Origin: an uncultured delta proteobacterium
GTDB lineage: Bacteria > Desulfobacterota > Syntrophia > Syntrophales > UBA5619
Reading direction: 5' to 3'
Assembly (NCBI GenBank): GCA_963817385.1
Contig: CAWFOM010000008.1
Coordinates: forward strand, 64,001-128,000
DNA length: 64,000 nt
A program made the translations under genes and the position numbers. Positions 62,406-64,000 of this stretch are shown piece after piece. The notes below the pieces were generated by a model that saw nothing but the letters and a program-made list of their open reading frames with translations, was not told the DNA's origin and searched no databases. Position 1 is the stretch's first letter. The number at the start of each line of letters is the position of its first letter.

Positions 62406-63525
62406 TGACGAGCACCCCTTCCATCAGATTGTTCTGTCCCACGGTCACGACGATCTCTTTCGCCTTGAGGCCCTCGACAATCTCCATGAATTCTCCGTAT
62501 TTCCGGCCGATCCGAACCTTCCGTTCCTTTGCCCGATCCCCCTCCGCGACAAAGAGCTTGGTGGTGGAGTTATCGTAGAGAAGCGCGGTGATCGGGGCGA
62601 CAACCGTATCCCGGGCCGGCCCGGTGTAGAGCGTCACGCGGGAGAAAAGCCCCGGTTTGAGACTCCGATCCGTATTCGGTACGACTGCCTCGACCTGAAG
62701 GGAGCGGGTCTTTTCCTCCAGGCTGGGATAGATCGTCTTCACCTGGCCGCGAAATTCGCGCCCGGGGAATGCATCCACCGTGAACAGGACATCCTGACCG
62801 GCCCGGAGGTTTCCCACATCCTTCTCCGAGACGCTGAATAAAAGTTTGAGGAGATCGGTGCGGATGATCGAGACGAGAAGCGTGCCGTTGCGGATATAGT
62901 CCCCCGCTGTGACCTTCTTTTCCCTGATGCTGCCGGCCATGGGGGCATGGATCTTCGTCTTGGTCAATTTCTCCTTTGCCAGATCGAGTCCCGCCACTGC
63001 CCGCTCCACATCCCCCTGGGCAACGGCAAGACGCGCGACTATATCGTCAAACTGCTGTTTCGTGACCAACTCCTCCCGATAGAGGGCCTCTTTTCGCAGA
63101 TGCTCCTGTTTCGCGTTGGCCAGGGCCGCCTCCGCCTGCTTCAATATGGCCGCAGCCTGCTCGACGGCAAGCTGGTAATCGGTCTCCTTGATCATGGCTA
63201 TGACCTGACCGGGGGTCACGGGTGATCCTTCGTCGACGCTGATCGTCTTCAAGATCCCGTCCAGCTCGGAGCTGACATTGACAATTTCGTACGGGTTGAG
63301 GGTCCCGATCGACTCCACGAAAGGCCGGAGCGGTCGATTCTCCGCCGTCCAGACCCGGACGTTGACGGCCAGCTCCTTTTGCACCTTCTGTTCCTTCTTC
63401 TGGCACCCGACACTGGCAGACATCGCGGCGCATAAAAAGACCGTCATGATCACTGCACCGGCCCTGACCCTCCCCTGAGCCGCTCTTCTGTTTTCTCCGG
63501 TTAAAGGCGATGTTCGTCCCAACAT
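62392..63525 (-). CDS. RND periplasmic adaptor (membrane fusion protein)
   Basis: Lipobox-like SVGC, lipoyl and alpha-hairpin pattern, IHAPMAG, LKPGLF. Confidence 0.93.
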   Translation of the reverse strand: MLGRTSPLTGENRRAAQGRVRAGAVIMTVFLCAAMSASVGCQKKEQKVQKELAVNVRVWTAENRPLRPFVESIGTLNPYEIVNVSSELDGILKTISVDEGSPVTPGQVIAMIKETDYQLAVEQAAAILKQAEAALANAKQEHLRKEALYREELVTKQQFDDIVARLAVAQGDVERAVAGLDLAKEKLTKTKIHAPMAGSIREKKVTAGDYIRNGTLLVSIIRTDLLKLLFSVSEKDVGNLRAGQDVLFTVDAFPGREFRGQVKTIYPSLEEKTRSLQVEAVVPNTDRSLKPGLFSRVTLYTGPARDTVVAPITALLYDNSTTKLFVAEGDRAKERKVRIGRKYGEFMEIVEGLKAKEIVVTVGQNNLMEGVLVNVAR

Positions 63526-63598
63526 GAAAAGCTCCTTTTAAAAAAGTCGATAACCCTATCCATTGCGGTACATCCGTTCATCATCATTCTATTAACGA

Positions 63599-64000
63599 TC
63601 ACGATTCATTGCGCAGCAGCGTCCCGGTGGCCTTCTTCATCCTCAGAAGGGCGAGCTGGTAGTTGTAGACGGCCGACACCACTTTCGTCTCCGCAGAGAC
63701 CAGGAGCGTGTTGGCATCCAGCACATCCAGGCTGTTCGACAGACCGAAATCGAACTGCCGGGCTACGGCCTGGTAGTTGTCGCGGGCAAAGGCGACCTGA
63801 TCGTCCAGGAATTGAAGGATCCCCTTCTGGGTGACAAGATCCAGATAGGCCGTCTGCACCTCGATCCCGATCCCTTTCTTCAAATCCTCATAGAAGAGCG
63901 CCGCCTGACGTTCACGGGCCTTCGCTTCGGATACATCCGCTTTCCGGAACCCGCCCTCGAAGATGGGAAAGTTCAGGCCGATCCCCGCATAGAAGCTGTC
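63599..64000 (-). CDS. TolC-family outer membrane factor, C-terminal part
   Basis: EVQTAYLDL...FDFGLSNSLDVLDA...YNYQLALLRMKKATG. Confidence 0.88.
   Translation of the reverse strand, partial: DSFYAGIGLNFPIFEGGFRKADVSEAKARERQAALFYEDLKKGIGIEVQTAYLDLVTQKGILQFLDDQVAFARDNYQAVARQFDFGLSNSLDVLDANTLLVSAETKVVSAVYNYQLALLRMKKATGTLLRNES

Overview
GC-rich bacterial chromosome segment. Gene content and order suggest an anaerobic deltaproteobacterium (Desulfobacterota, probably Syntrophales); this is an inference. It is mostly housekeeping: ligA, adk, lepA-hemW, coaBC, kdsA-kdsC-lptCAB-rpoN-hpf-ptsN-rapZ, xerD, rpsF-rpsR-yybS-rplI-dnaB, rpoH/clpB-htpX, ispE-tRNA-Gln-prs-rplY-pth-hppA, an EF-G paralogue and an RND efflux operon, plus two tRNAs. 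No CRISPR array, prophage or intact IS was seen. The most interesting signals are: (1) a GAF-GAF sigma54 activator followed by tandem palindromic enhancer sites and a -24/-12 promoter whose apparent product is a ~460-nt, GGA-rich, ORF-poor RNA ending in a hairpin with an anti-SD loop (candidate sigma54-controlled Csr/Rsm-type sRNA); (2) a probable selenoprotein (FmdB zinc ribbon with UGA plus a SECIS-like hairpin); (3) a MinD-like ATPase / pseudo-J-HTH / SPOR operon; (4) a decayed hydE remnant; (5) an unannotated 38-aa basic ORF; (6) two homopolymer frameshifts (ispE, UDG); (7) divergent EF-G and membrane pyrophosphatase subfamilies. All product calls are by motif recognition only; no searches were run.
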